Shown: positions 10,586 to 21,061, numbered from the stretch's first letter. The stretch: DNA of 64,000 nucleotides from Promethearchaeota archaeon (GCA_030599585.1 JAUVNS010000003.1:1-64000); one strand, 5' to 3'. Notes: generated by a model not told the origin, from the letters alone. Numbers and translations: made by a program.

Positions 10586-10782
10586 AATAATGATACAGTG
10601 TGAATCACAATCCTGACCTACGAATTTAACGCTTCATAAATACAACAAAAAAAAAACTTAAATTTAATACAAATTTGAAAATCATTGAAAGCAAGAGAAC
10701 ATGCGATAAAAATTTAAATTATTGTGTATTTTTTTTATTACATTATTTTTGAAATTTAAAACTGATACAGCAAGTTAGGACG

Positions 10783-11157
10783 ATGGCAAGGAAAAATATG
10801 AAGATAAGCGATACAATCGATTTATCACGAAAGAAAGTAAAAGAATTTGATGTTGACACTAATATAAAAGTTGCTTATAAGACGGGTAAAATGATTTTTG
10901 GGAAAACGCAAGTCTTAAGGCAACTAAGACAAGATCCTTTTAAGATGATCATTATCGCAAATAACTGTCCGGCTGAATTAGAAACCCAATTAAGTTATTA
11001 TAATTCTCTCATAAATAACAACATATATATATATAAGTATAAAGGTTCTTCTTGGGAATTGGGACTAGCGTTAGGTAAGCCTTATATGGTTTCGATTATC
11101 GGATTAAACGATTTTGGAGATTCGGACTTATTAACTCTGAAGGATAAAAATAATTAA
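10783..11157 (+). CDS. rpl30e: 50S ribosomal protein L30e
   Basis: KTGKMIFG, IIANNCP, YKGSSWELGLALGKPY; canonical position after rpoA2. Confidence 0.95.
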   Translation: MARKNMKISDTIDLSRKKVKEFDVDTNIKVAYKTGKMIFGKTQVLRQLRQDPFKMIIIANNCPAELETQLSYYNSLINNNIYIYKYKGSSWELGLALGKPYMVSIIGLNDFGDSDLLTLKDKNN

Positions 11158-11164
11158 AGACTAA

Positions 11165-11653
11165 ATGGAACGTTTAAAGATGTTACGAAGAAATATCAAA
11201 CTCGACAGAAAATCGATGGAATTAATATCGCTTTTCAATAACATTTCCGGTGCTATTATTAAAGATTGTTTAATATTTGAATCTCCCGAAAATCACTCTG
11301 AAATAATTATATTCTTAGTTAAAAAGGAAGATGTTGGGAAAGCAATTGGGAAAGCAGGGGAACATGTAAAAGACCTTATGAATAAGCTTCAAAAGAAGAT
11401 TGATGTGATTCCCTGGTCAGATAATCTTGAACAATTCATTCAATTCATATTAAATACTACTAAGAATTCAATTCAAGTTCAAAACATAGAAGTAAAAGAA
11501 AGTAGAAACGAGAAAAAAACCGTGATTATTTCTGTACGGCCTCAAGATCGTGGAAAAGCTATCGGTAAAGAGGGTTCAATGATAAGAAAAATAAAAGAAC
11601 TCGTACTACGTCATTTTTCTGTAGATAATGTAATAATCAACACAAAAAACTAA
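11165..11653 (+). CDS. nusA: Archaeal NusA (two KH domains)
   Basis: Two GKAIGKxG KH motifs; canonical operon position. Confidence 0.95.
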   Translation: MERLKMLRRNIKLDRKSMELISLFNNISGAIIKDCLIFESPENHSEIIIFLVKKEDVGKAIGKAGEHVKDLMNKLQKKIDVIPWSDNLEQFIQFILNTTKNSIQVQNIEVKESRNEKKTVIISVRPQDRGKAIGKEGSMIRKIKELVLRHFSVDNVIINTKN

Positions 11654-11968
11654 CTGGCATAGGAGTTTTGCCAAATCATCAAATTGGTAAAATTACTAAT
11701 AGCGCTAAGAGCATAAATAGCGTGGTCTCACTTCTTATCTTCATTGTATTTTTGATTAGAGTGCTAATATTTACTAAATAATTAAAAATAAAATTTGGGA
11801 AATGATTACTTAAGTTTGAAATTCAAAAATTTTAAGTTTTAAGAAAGATGTTAAGTTATATCTCAATAACCAATATTTATAAAAAAAAAGTAAGGAAAGG
11901 AAAACTAAAATGCCTTCTGCTAAGAGTAGTTGCTTTGTGGACCGATTCTACGAAAAAAGGTGAAAAAA

Positions 11969-12403
11969 TTGGCGAAACCAAAAGGGTTATATGCGGCTCG
12001 TGCACTAAAAAATAACCGAAAGAAGCTTAGATGGAGCAAAACTAAATATAAAAGAACGAAGCTTAAATTAAAACAGAAAGTTGACCCTATGGAGGGATCT
12101 CCTCAAGCATTGGGTATCGTGCTTCAAAAAGTAGGGCGAGAAAGTAAACAACCTAACTCTGCTATTCGAAAATGCGTCCGTGTTCAGTTAAAAAAGAATG
12201 GAAAAACTATCACTGCTTTTCTTCCGGGAGACGGTGCCCTTAATTTCATCGAAGAACATGATAGAGTACTTGTGGAAGGAATTGGTGGAGCCAAGGGTCG
12301 AGCAGTGGGTGATCTTCCTGGTGTGCGATGGCGCGTTGTTATGGTAAACGGTGTAAGCTTACAGGCATTAATCGCAGGCAAGAAAGAAAAACCAATGAGG
12401 TAG
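11969..12403 (+). CDS. rps12: 30S ribosomal protein S12 (uS12)
   Basis: [23 protein letters not shown]; start placed at TTG 11969 after AGGTGA SD ([11 protein letters not shown]). Confidence 0.97.
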   Translation: MAKPKGLYAARALKNNRKKLRWSKTKYKRTKLKLKQKVDPMEGSPQALGIVLQKVGRESKQPNSAIRKCVRVQLKKNGKTITAFLPGDGALNFIEEHDRVLVEGIGGAKGRAVGDLPGVRWRVVMVNGVSLQALIAGKKEKPMR

Positions 12404-12412
12404 GTGTAAAGT

Positions 12413-13030
12413 ATGAGTAAAGTGAAAAAAGACATTAAACTTTTTAATAAGTGGTCATTTGAAAACATTGAAGTTAAAGATTGGACATTAGAAAACTATA
12501 TTAATCTGAGACCGGTTATAATTCCTCATACCGCAGGAAGACATGAGCATAAACGCTTTTGGAAAACTACTAAAATATCTGTTATTGAGCGTTTTGTAAA
12601 CAGATTACTAGCACCCGGTTTTATTGGCAGTAAAATTAAAGGACATAAAAGTTCATATAGCTCTGGCAAAAAAAGTAAACTCTTAAGGAACTTAGAAAAT
12701 GCTTTTACTTTATTGGAATTAAACACAGGTAAAAATCCAATTCAAGTGCTAATTGACGCAATATGTAACACGGCACCTAGAGAGGAAACGACACGTATTG
12801 CTATGGGCGGAATCAGTTATGCGTCTGCTGTAGATGTTTCGCCACAGCGTCGAGTAGATTTAGCAATTAAGTATTTAGTCCAGGCAATTGGTTCAAGTTC
12901 TCACTCAAGCGAAAGACCTTTTGCTGCAAATGTCTCTAGGGAGTTAGCTTTAGCCTCTCAAGACAGCATTGAATCCAAAGCAATAAAAAGAAAAGACGAA
13001 GTAGAACGAATTGCCGTTTCTGCTCGTTAA
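12413..13030 (+). CDS. rps7: 30S ribosomal protein S7 (uS7)
   Basis: NPIQVLIDAI, PREETTRI, VDVSPQRRVDLA, ERIAVSAR. Confidence 0.97.
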   Translation: MSKVKKDIKLFNKWSFENIEVKDWTLENYINLRPVIIPHTAGRHEHKRFWKTTKISVIERFVNRLLAPGFIGSKIKGHKSSYSSGKKSKLLRNLENAFTLLELNTGKNPIQVLIDAICNTAPREETTRIAMGGISYASAVDVSPQRRVDLAIKYLVQAIGSSSHSSERPFAANVSRELALASQDSIESKAIKRKDEVERIAVSAR

Positions 13031-13265
13031 GAAAAATCAAATCTAGTGATCGGATTCAAATCTAGTTATTATTTTTCTTTATTTACTTAAACTAATTTAT
13101 TTATTAAACTGACTAGGTTAGATTATCAAAAGTTAATCGTGCGATATCACCCACATAATATCAAATCTTACTTTGGGTTAATAAAATTCCTAATTTTTAT
13201 ATATCTCTTAAGTATATTATTTAGTTAAGCAAAATTAATGTTTTTTATGATGACTTAAACTTAAA

Positions 13266-15263
13266 TTGAATTCCGACAAAAATCACGATGTTTTAGAAAA
13301 GCACCTTAAAACATTAGGTCAAAAGATAAGAATTGATATTTTAAAGAAATTAAGTCTAAGCAGTAATCCTTTACCCTATTCTATACTTCAAAAGGAAGTT
13401 TTAGGAACTAATCCAAATTCAGTCAATTTTTCATTTCACTTAAAAACATTGAAAAACAGCGACTTGATGTACACTACCGACGAAGGATATGTTTTGAGTG
13501 CTTTAGGGAGGCAGATTCTAAAGAATATTGTCTCTATTGAAAAAATTCTAAATGATAAAAACAAAACAATAATGATTAGAACCTCTAAATATTCAAAGGA
13601 ACCATTTGATTCGAGTAAAATTAAAAATTATCTAATCAAGGAAGGCCAAGTAGGTGAGCACTTAGCAAAACAGATTGCAAAAGAAGTTGAAGAACGCTTA
13701 TCTAAAACGAATATAACATATTTAACAGCTCCTTTAATGAGGGAATACATAAATGGTATTCTATTGGAAAATGGCCAAGAAGAGATTAGACATAGGTTGA
13801 CTCGATTAGGGACTCCTCCTTATGAAGTTTCTAGGTATTTTGATAACAGTAGAATTAATCCTGAACTACTTCTTTCTAAACTAGGATCAGAGGTTTCAGA
13901 GCAATATTTATTGCTAAATTTGCTTCCAAAGAATTTAGCGGACATGTATCTGTCTGGAGAATTAGTTTTACTGAACTTAAATTACTGGAGTTTAAGACCA
14001 TTGGGCTTTTATATAGACTCAAATTCAATTATATCTTATCTATCAAAACGAAAATTAGTAGACATTAATAATTTAGACAAACCAATTGAATTGGTTAAAC
14101 TAAGTTCTTACTTTTTTGATGTACTGGATAAGATAAAGCCTTATGTATCTGAAGATATTCTGCTAGGAAATTTTTCGGACTTTTTAATCAAAATTATTAG
14201 TTCGAACGAAAATTCAGAGGCTCTTATTAATTTTCTAAATTCAAAAATATTGAATCTTTCAAATAGAATCTACGACCAAAAGCCTCATCTCTCTTTAGAA
14301 GTTTCTTCTTCAAACCTATTTGAAGATTCTCGCTCCCTAAATTTGAATATTCCATCTATCTCTTATTTTTTTGGTAAATTATTTAACCAGATTAATCAAA
14401 ATGATGGATTTATTTGTCCTATGATTGTATTTGATTACTCAATACTACCTGATGATAAGGCTGGATATGAATTTTTAAGAGAAACCATAAATTCCCCTCA
14501 TAGTAACGATTTAATATTCTCTTTAAATAATAACCTAAGTTTACTAAATTCTACTTTGATAAACGTGAATAAGAATAAGACCAAAGAAGAAATTAAATGT
14601 AAGGTTGTGTTAGATAAGATTTTAGTAAATTTACATAATATTGCTAATAATTCTAAGCAGAACGATTCTTTATTTTTTGATCAAGTTCAAGAAAAGCTTA
14701 ATTCAGTATTTGAAATTTTTGCTTATAAAAAAGATTTAATGAATAGAAGGTTATCTACTTCAAAGGAATTGAATAATATTATATCTGATTTCAATAAACC
14801 TGAATCCTATAATTGGATAGATGACTCATTAAAATCAGTTAGTTTTTTCGGATTAAACGAAGCCATTAAAACTCATTGCGGAATCGAGATCGATAGGATA
14901 GAAAACAGCGAATCGTTTGCTTATAATCTACTAATGTTTATGAAAGATATAATTAACGAAATTAACCAAGACCAAAACGAAAATTATATATTTACTCAAC
15001 CTCATAACGGCAATTATCTTTCTAAAAACTGGTGCAGTAATATGGAAGATGTAGGTAATGGTCCTAACAAATATTGCATAGACATGGTACGGGGGAATTC
15101 AAAATTATCGTTAGAGAAAAGAGTTCAGATTTATAAAAATTTTGAAGGTATTGTTGATGGAGGGAGTGTTTTTACATTTAATGTAAATAACAAACCCATA
15201 AAAGAATTAATGGCACAATTATCTTATTCAAAAGTGAGCATGTTTCAATTAAAAATAGAATAA
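13266..15263 (+). CDS. wHTH + ATP-cone + degenerate class III ribonucleotide reductase (NrdD-like) protein
   Basis: N-terminal ArsR-like RIDILKKL...FSFHLKTLK; ATP cone IRTSKYSKEPFDSSKI...LTAPLMREYIN; NrdD-like TRLGTPPYEV, GLNEAIK, DGGSVF; no C-terminal Zn ribbon or RxxGY loop. Confidence 0.75.
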   Translation: MNSDKNHDVLEKHLKTLGQKIRIDILKKLSLSSNPLPYSILQKEVLGTNPNSVNFSFHLKTLKNSDLMYTTDEGYVLSALGRQILKNIVSIEKILNDKNKTIMIRTSKYSKEPFDSSKIKNYLIKEGQVGEHLAKQIAKEVEERLSKTNITYLTAPLMREYINGILLENGQEEIRHRLTRLGTPPYEVSRYFDNSRINPELLLSKLGSEVSEQYLLLNLLPKNLADMYLSGELVLLNLNYWSLRPLGFYIDSNSIISYLSKRKLVDINNLDKPIELVKLSSYFFDVLDKIKPYVSEDILLGNFSDFLIKIISSNENSEALINFLNSKILNLSNRIYDQKPHLSLEVSSSNLFEDSRSLNLNIPSISYFFGKLFNQINQNDGFICPMIVFDYSILPDDKAGYEFLRETINSPHSNDLIFSLNNNLSLLNSTLINVNKNKTKEEIKCKVVLDKILVNLHNIANNSKQNDSLFFDQVQEKLNSVFEIFAYKKDLMNRRLSTSKELNNIISDFNKPESYNWIDDSLKSVSFFGLNEAIKTHCGIEIDRIENSESFAYNLLMFMKDIINEINQDQNENYIFTQPHNGNYLSKNWCSNMEDVGNGPNKYCIDMVRGNSKLSLEKRVQIYKNFEGIVDGGSVFTFNVNNKPIKELMAQLSYSKVSMFQLKIE

Positions 15264-15270
15264 TGGAAGA

Positions 15271-16194
15271 TTAGTCAGATAATAACTCCGCTAAGATTGC
15301 CATTCTCATAGGTATTCCATAATATGCTTGTTTGAAATAAATTGATTTAGGAGAACCATCGATTTCAGGTGAAATTTCTGTAATCCTTGGTAATGGATGC
15401 ATAATTTTGAATTCGTCTTTTGTTTCTTTTAAGTCCTTTTTCCCGAATACATAGAAATCTTTAACTTTTTCATATTCTTCAATATCAGCAAATCTTTCTT
15501 TCTGAATTCTTGTGACATAGAGAATATCTAAAATATTTAGTATATCTCTATATTTTTCTATTTCTTTGTATTTTACTTGTCGTTGTTGTAAGAAGTCTTT
15601 GTCTCTTTTTCGCAACATCAAATCTTTAGGGCTAATAAAATAGATATTTGCGTTATAATTTGAAAGCAATATTGACAATGAATGGACTGTTCTTCCAAAT
15701 TTCAGATCCCCCATTATACCAATATTTAAACCGTCTAAACTATGGCCCTCTTCAGTAATTGTTAATAAGTCTAATAAAGCTTGAGTCGGATGCTCACCAC
15801 TTCCCGAACCAGCATTTATGACAGGTATTTTTGCGAACTTTGCTGCCAGCCTGGCTGCTCCTTCTAGATTATGTCTCATTACGATACCGTCGCAATAGTT
15901 TTCTACAGTACGAATTGTGTCAGCAATACTTTCTCCTTTTTTTATTGATGAAACATCACCAGTATGAAATCCTATAATATTTCCTCCTAAGCGATACATC
16001 GCAGATTCAAAACTTAAGCGAGTTCTCGTGGATGGTTCAAAAAACAGAGTAGCTAAAATCTTACCTCTCAGAATTTCTGAGTTCTTTTTGTTGAGCATTA
16101 CATTCTTAGCTTTTTTTAAGATGTAATCTATATCCTCTCGAGTAAAGTCTTTTGCGGATATGATACCCTCTCTAAATTTCTCTTTAAAAGACAT
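15271..16194 (-). CDS. pyrB: Aspartate carbamoyltransferase catalytic subunit
   Basis: FFEPSTRTRLSF, HPTQALLD, GDLKFGRTVHS, MHPLPR. Confidence 0.97.
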   Translation of the reverse strand: MSFKEKFREGIISAKDFTREDIDYILKKAKNVMLNKKNSEILRGKILATLFFEPSTRTRLSFESAMYRLGGNIIGFHTGDVSSIKKGESIADTIRTVENYCDGIVMRHNLEGAARLAAKFAKIPVINAGSGSGEHPTQALLDLLTITEEGHSLDGLNIGIMGDLKFGRTVHSLSILLSNYNANIYFISPKDLMLRKRDKDFLQQRQVKYKEIEKYRDILNILDILYVTRIQKERFADIEEYEKVKDFYVFGKKDLKETKDEFKIMHPLPRITEISPEIDGSPKSIYFKQAYYGIPMRMAILAELLSD

Positions 16195-16351
16195 AATTCT
16201 AAATGAAAGTTTTAATAAAATTATGTTAATACCATTTAAATTATTTTTTATTAAATTTTGCTTTTCTAATTAAGAATAAAGCAGAACTAATAAAATTTAA
16301 AATTTATAAATAATTTATTGAGTTATACTCTAAATCAAAGTTGTTTGAAAT

Positions 16352-16633
16352 ATGAAATATCCTCGTACAATTAATCGCTATTGCCCAACTTGTAGAATTC
16401 ATACTAAGCACAGTGTTTCGCTTTATAAGAAAGGAAAAGAACGGGCTCTCAATCACGGGCGTAGGAGACTGGAGAGAAAGAAGAGGGGATACGGGAGCTT
16501 CCCCAAAGAAATATTTCACCAGAACGCTAAAGTAAATAAACGGTCATTACCCGTATTAGAATGCCCAAAATGTAAAAAAAAACAGTATTCTAAATCTTAT
16601 AGAGTTAAAAAGTTCGAACTTCAAGAAGTCTAA
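16352..16633 (+). CDS. rpl44e: 50S ribosomal protein L44e (eL42)
   Basis: MKYPRTINRYCPTCRIHTKH, GYGSFPK, LECPKC. Confidence 0.95.
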   Translation: MKYPRTINRYCPTCRIHTKHSVSLYKKGKERALNHGRRRLERKKRGYGSFPKEIFHQNAKVNKRSLPVLECPKCKKKQYSKSYRVKKFELQEV

Positions 16634-16645
16634 AGGTGTTATATT

Positions 16646-16852
16646 ATACCAAAAAAAAAAGCAAATAAAGAATTAATCCCTCAACCCCAAAGTAGGTTTT
16701 TAAGAGTGAAATGCTTAAATTGTGGAAACCAACAAATAATTTTCGGTTGTTCCGCTACGGATGTAGAATGTTTAGTATGTGGAAAGACTCTGCTTCAATC
16801 TACTGGCGGTAAAGCGCGAATTTTAACCAAAATTTTAGAAGTTCTTTCTTAA
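16646..16852 (+). CDS. rps27e: 30S ribosomal protein S27e (eS27), apparent ATA start; missed by ORF track
   Basis: Manual translation (I)[67 protein letters not shown]; AGGTG SD at 16634-16638; canonical position after rpl44e. Confidence 0.93.
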   Translation: MPKKKANKELIPQPQSRFLRVKCLNCGNQQIIFGCSATDVECLVCGKTLLQSTGGKARILTKILEVLS

Positions 16853-16890
16853 AAAATAGCTACACACTAAATTTTTAATAATATTTTAGA

Positions 16891-16912
16891 TCGTGAAACC
16901 ACTCTTTCACGA
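16891..16912. terminator. Hairpin between convergent rps27e and nitroreductase genes
   Basis: tcgtgaaa-ccactc-tttcacga, 8-bp perfect stem; terminator role inferred from position only. Confidence 0.4.
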
Positions 16913-17000
16913 AGATTATTGCATGACTAAACAATGTAGGAATAGGATGCAAGACGTAAATTAATAATATAATAAATGTCAAGAAAAAATAAAAAATTGA

Positions 17001-17804
17001 TTATAAACCTTTTACATGCTTTAAACGACGAGGAGGAGTACGATAAAGAGTATAATCCGGGTATCCAATCGTGAATGCTCCAAGTGCTTTAGCTCTAATA
17101 TGAGCTAGTTTTCTTATTTTTGGGTTTAATTCGATGCCAGCCTGCGTCCAACCGTTCCAACATGTACCTAAACCTAATGAATGGGCAGCTAATCTACCAT
17201 AAGTGATTATATTAGCAATATTTTGAATTCCTATTGGTGTAGATAACTGTGATGATACAATAATTAGATGTGGTGCATCAAAGTAGACAGGTATTTCAAA
17301 TTCTTTAGCAAGATTTGCTAGTCTTTCACCATATAACCATCCCCATGCCTTGTCGTTAGTTAAAACTTCCTGAATTGCGTTTGATAACGCTTTTAATTGT
17401 TCTTTGTCAGAGATAATTATAAATGTTTCCGACCTCATATTCCGACCCGTTGGAGCCCATTGCATCGCATTAAAAACTTTTTGTATTACCTCTTTTGGAA
17501 TTTTCTGTTTTTTATATCGTCTAATCGAACGGTGGACTTGAAAAAATTTATACATATCCTCAAAAGCAATTATCTCTTCAGACTTATTTATCTCTTCAAA
17601 TTCAAAAGATTCTCCCATTTCTTCAAAAAGAACAGCATCTTCTGGACATCTCGCAATACAGTGTCCACATCGGATACACATTGAATTAGGATCTTCAAAA
17701 TTAATTTTGTCTCCTTCTTCATCTTTAAATAATCGTCTAGGGCAAGTTGTTATACAAATTCCACAAGTACTACATTTATCATAATCAATACCAATTATAG
17801 GCAT
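17001..17804 (-). CDS. Nitroreductase family protein with N-terminal 2x[4Fe-4S] ferredoxin domain
   Basis: Two CxxCxxCxxxCP motifs; HRSIRRY, APTGRN, LGLGTCWNG. Confidence 0.93.
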   Translation of the reverse strand: MPIIGIDYDKCSTCGICITTCPRRLFKDEEGDKINFEDPNSMCIRCGHCIARCPEDAVLFEEMGESFEFEEINKSEEIIAFEDMYKFFQVHRSIRRYKKQKIPKEVIQKVFNAMQWAPTGRNMRSETFIIISDKEQLKALSNAIQEVLTNDKAWGWLYGERLANLAKEFEIPVYFDAPHLIIVSSQLSTPIGIQNIANIITYGRLAAHSLGLGTCWNGWTQAGIELNPKIRKLAHIRAKALGAFTIGYPDYTLYRTPPRRLKHVKGL

Positions 17805-17925
17805 TTTAATTCATTCCAAAAAACTTGATTTCTTATAAATTAATCTTATTTTTATATTCTTAAAAAATTATCGGCATTTCAACGCCTTTAATTAATTATT
17901 AAGTTAATTTAAAAAAATCTTTCTT

Positions 17926-18264
17926 TTAATATTCTCGCCAGGTGTGTTTACATTCAACACACCTAAAAAAAGAAGTACTTGGTTCGTCCGCACTTCGAGT
18001 TTGTTCTTGCCAAGCTTCAGCTTCTTTGTTGGTGCATTTAGGGCAAATTTTTTTTACGATTGGGTGAACGGATATTTTATCTGCTTGAGCGACTATAATT
18101 AAATTCTTATTTAAAGCCTCTTCTTTCAATTTAGCATTTTTTTTTATGTCTTCTGCATTTAGGGATAAATCCTTTTGAAAGCCGCACCTACAAACTAATG
18201 TTTTACTTTCGCCAATCACTTGTCTTCGTAAGAGATTTGAGCATTCTGGGCAAAATTCAACCAT
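17926..18264 (-). CDS. tfs: Transcription factor S (TFS/RpoM family)
   Basis: FCPEC N-terminal ribbon; QTRSADEP acidic hairpin; CVECKHTWREY. Confidence 0.93.
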   Translation of the reverse strand: MVEFCPECSNLLRRQVIGESKTLVCRCGFQKDLSLNAEDIKKNAKLKEEALNKNLIIVAQADKISVHPIVKKICPKCTNKEAEAWQEQTRSADEPSTSFFRCVECKHTWREY

Positions 18265-18445
18265 TTTTATAACTTTAGAATATCGTATTTTTCCTTAAAA
18301 GGAAAAAGTAAGCGTGTCTAATAAATTTTTTCGTTATATTTAATATAATTTTCACTATTTCAAGAAATAGCATAATCTACTATTTCAGTTTAAGTTAATT
18401 GAGCAAGTATATAATAAGTTTGAGATATAGAGCTTGTTTTTACCT

Positions 18446-18769
18446 TTAAACTAAGTTTAACTCTTTTTTAATCTCGTATAATTTCAAATAATAATCAAAG
18501 TTCAGATTTTTTTTATCCTGTATAATTTCTGCTTCTATTTCTTTTTCGCCAGCCATATTGATGTTTAATTCACCAATAACATTGATTAAATCCTCTTTTT
18601 GATAAATCAAATCAACATTTTTAATATCAATTTTTATATCATTAGACTTATCTTTGAGAATTATGTGGTCATCATCGACGATATCCTTAATGAAACCAAT
18701 TATTTGAACTCGACTGTCGGAACTTTTTATATCCTGAATAATCCTTTGAGCTGCGTGTTCGCGAGACAT
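18446..18769 (-). CDS. Small OB-fold protein, RPA3/RPA14-like
   Basis: RVQIIG...IILKD...INVIG...EAEIIQD OB-fold pattern plus C-terminal helix as in archaeal Rpa3; divergent from PCNA. Confidence 0.7.
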   Translation of the reverse strand: MSREHAAQRIIQDIKSSDSRVQIIGFIKDIVDDDHIILKDKSNDIKIDIKNVDLIYQKEDLINVIGELNINMAGEKEIEAEIIQDKKNLNFDYYLKLYEIKKELNLV

Positions 18770-18939
18770 AATAATAACTTTTTTTTATTTATATAATTTA
18801 AAAAATTTAAGATGAGTATAAATAATTAATTCAAAAATTACAAATAGGTATTATTAAACCTCTAATACTGAATTTTATAAATATTGTCAATAAAACTATA
18901 TTAATATAAATAAGTAATCAATTAAAGTGCTGATAAATA

Positions 18940-19740
18940 ATGAGCTTTACACTTAAGCTGGATAATAGTAGGATATTAAAGGGAATAGTCGAAACTCTTT
19001 CAAGCATCATCGATGAGACAGAATTCAAAGTTTCTCCTAAAGAATTTGTTATTACTGCAATGGACCCTAGTCGAATTTGTTTGTTAAAATTGTCGATTAA
19101 AAAAGAGAATTTTGACGATTACAATTGTGTTAAAGAATCAAAAATTGGTTTAAACTTGGACGATTTGGATAAAATACTCAGAAGAAGCGCCTCGAACGAC
19201 AACATTGAAATTGACTTTAAAGAATCGGAACAAAAAATCAAAATCACTATGCAAAGAGAAGGAAACACTCGCAAACGGACGTTTAGTTTAGCTTTGATCG
19301 ATCTGGAAAGAGAAGAAATTCCAATGGATAATCTGTTAAAAATTGAATATCCTTCTAATTGGGTGATCGATACCGACTTTCTAGTAGAGGCTATTAAGGA
19401 CGCAGAAATATATTCTGAAATCTTGAACATGAAGGCGGTTGCTAACGAAGGATTAGTCTTTAGTTCTACTGGACAAATTGGAGAAATGGAATATGATTTG
19501 AGCATCGATGACCTAATTGAGAGCGATATTAAGGAAACATGTACGGGTGCCTATAGTCTAACGTTTCTAAAGGCAATCTTAAAAATCGCTTCAATCACCG
19601 AAAAGTTAGAAATTTCATTGAAAACGGATCATCCTCTTAAAATGATATTTAACCTATTAGAGGGCGGCGAATTAAATTACTTTTTAGCTCCTCGAGTTGA
19701 AGAAGCTGAATTTGACGACGACGATATGGACGAATTTTGA
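18940..19740 (+). CDS. pcn: DNA polymerase sliding clamp PCNA
   Basis: AMDPSRI, YSLTFL, YFLAPRVE; acidic tail. Confidence 0.96.
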   Translation: MSFTLKLDNSRILKGIVETLSSIIDETEFKVSPKEFVITAMDPSRICLLKLSIKKENFDDYNCVKESKIGLNLDDLDKILRRSASNDNIEIDFKESEQKIKITMQREGNTRKRTFSLALIDLEREEIPMDNLLKIEYPSNWVIDTDFLVEAIKDAEIYSEILNMKAVANEGLVFSSTGQIGEMEYDLSIDDLIESDIKETCTGAYSLTFLKAILKIASITEKLEISLKTDHPLKMIFNLLEGGELNYFLAPRVEEAEFDDDDMDEF

Positions 19741-19831
19741 ATGATATTTTAACATATTTTTGAAATAATAAAAAACCATTTTACTCATATCAATTTAATA
19801 TAAATTCTTTTTAATTTCATTTAAGACGCCT

Positions 19832-21061
19832 ATGAAAAATTCAAATGATGACTTGGAAATATCCTCAGAATTGATTATAAGATATCCTTGGCTTCCCTCT
19901 TTAGATGAATATAAAAAAGATTTTAAATCAATAGATACGAATACTATTGATTTTATTGAAAATACCTTATCATCAGAATCTAATGAAGCCTTAAGAACAC
20001 TAATCTATGAATTCTTCAAAGCCGCATTTGATAATTTGGAGCATTTTTCGTATTATAAAATAGATGTTATGAATATTTTTCTATATTTATCAATCCAAAT
20101 TCTAATCTATTTTCTTAATAATCAGAGGATAACAAATCGAGTAGCTAATTTGTATTCAAAAATAGTATATGACGATTTTCAGACTAATGTTAAAAGAAAT
20201 AATTACTCAAATCTGTTTGAAATTTGTAAAGACTTAAAATATGACTTACAATATGATGAAAATCTTACAGTCTTTAGAGTAAAAACTTTTAAAGGACAAA
20301 AAGAAAAGCAATCGACTCATCTCAGGATCTTTTTTACTGATTTCCTTAAACTTGCATCAAATCTCAGAGATGATGATAGGAGATTAATTAATAATCCTCT
20401 TAAGGGGGGTTATGTTTTTATAACACCACACACATTAACAAGACTATTACAAGAATATGTAAGAAATAAATTCCTTACCAAAAGAAACGAAACTATAACA
20501 AATCTTGAAAGATTTAGGCAGGAAGCATTCAAATTTGAAAAATTTAAAGAGTTATATGATAATATAGATAATAATTGGAATTTAAAAAAAGAAGAGTATG
20601 AATTCCCCGTAGAAGTAGTTTTTAAAGAGGGTTCAGATACTTCTTTTCTTTTTCCACCTTGTATGGGCAATATTCTTTCAAAAGCTCAGGAAGGCCAAAA
20701 TTTACCTCATACTGAAAGATTGGTAATCTTATTTTATTTACATGCAATTGAATATCCCATTGATATGATAATACAAATTTTCTCTTCTCTTCCTGATTTT
20801 AATGAAGAAAAAACCAGATATCAAGTAGAATTTGCCAAGAAAAAGGGATATATTCCTCATTCTTGTTTGACATTAAAATCATTAGATTTATGTATGGCAA
20901 AACAAAAAAAAGATAAACTTTGTTTGGAAGGCTATTACTCTATTCAGAAAGGAGAGGAAAGGAATATTTCACATCCATTATCCTATATCCGGATAAAACA
21001 GTACAGGTTGAATAAAGAAAAGAAAAAAAATGATAAACAACAAAAACAAAAAAATGAATGA
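19832..21061 (+). CDS. priL: DNA primase large subunit
   Basis: FPPCM, NLPHTER, PDFNEEKTRYQVE, Fe-S Cys (SC...LC...LC), HPL. Confidence 0.92.
   Translation: MKNSNDDLEISSELIIRYPWLPSLDEYKKDFKSIDTNTIDFIENTLSSESNEALRTLIYEFFKAAFDNLEHFSYYKIDVMNIFLYLSIQILIYFLNNQRITNRVANLYSKIVYDDFQTNVKRNNYSNLFEICKDLKYDLQYDENLTVFRVKTFKGQKEKQSTHLRIFFTDFLKLASNLRDDDRRLINNPLKGGYVFITPHTLTRLLQEYVRNKFLTKRNETITNLERFRQEAFKFEKFKELYDNIDNNWNLKKEEYEFPVEVVFKEGSDTSFLFPPCMGNILSKAQEGQNLPHTERLVILFYLHAIEYPIDMIIQIFSSLPDFNEEKTRYQVEFAKKKGYIPHSCLTLKSLDLCMAKQKKDKLCLEGYYSIQKGEERNISHPLSYIRIKQYRLNKEKKKNDKQQKQKNE

Noticed and set aside
13266-15263. Functional anaerobic ribonucleotide reductase nrdD
   Set aside because: Lacks the glycyl-radical loop, Zn ribbon and recognisable catalytic Cys; no activase adjacent
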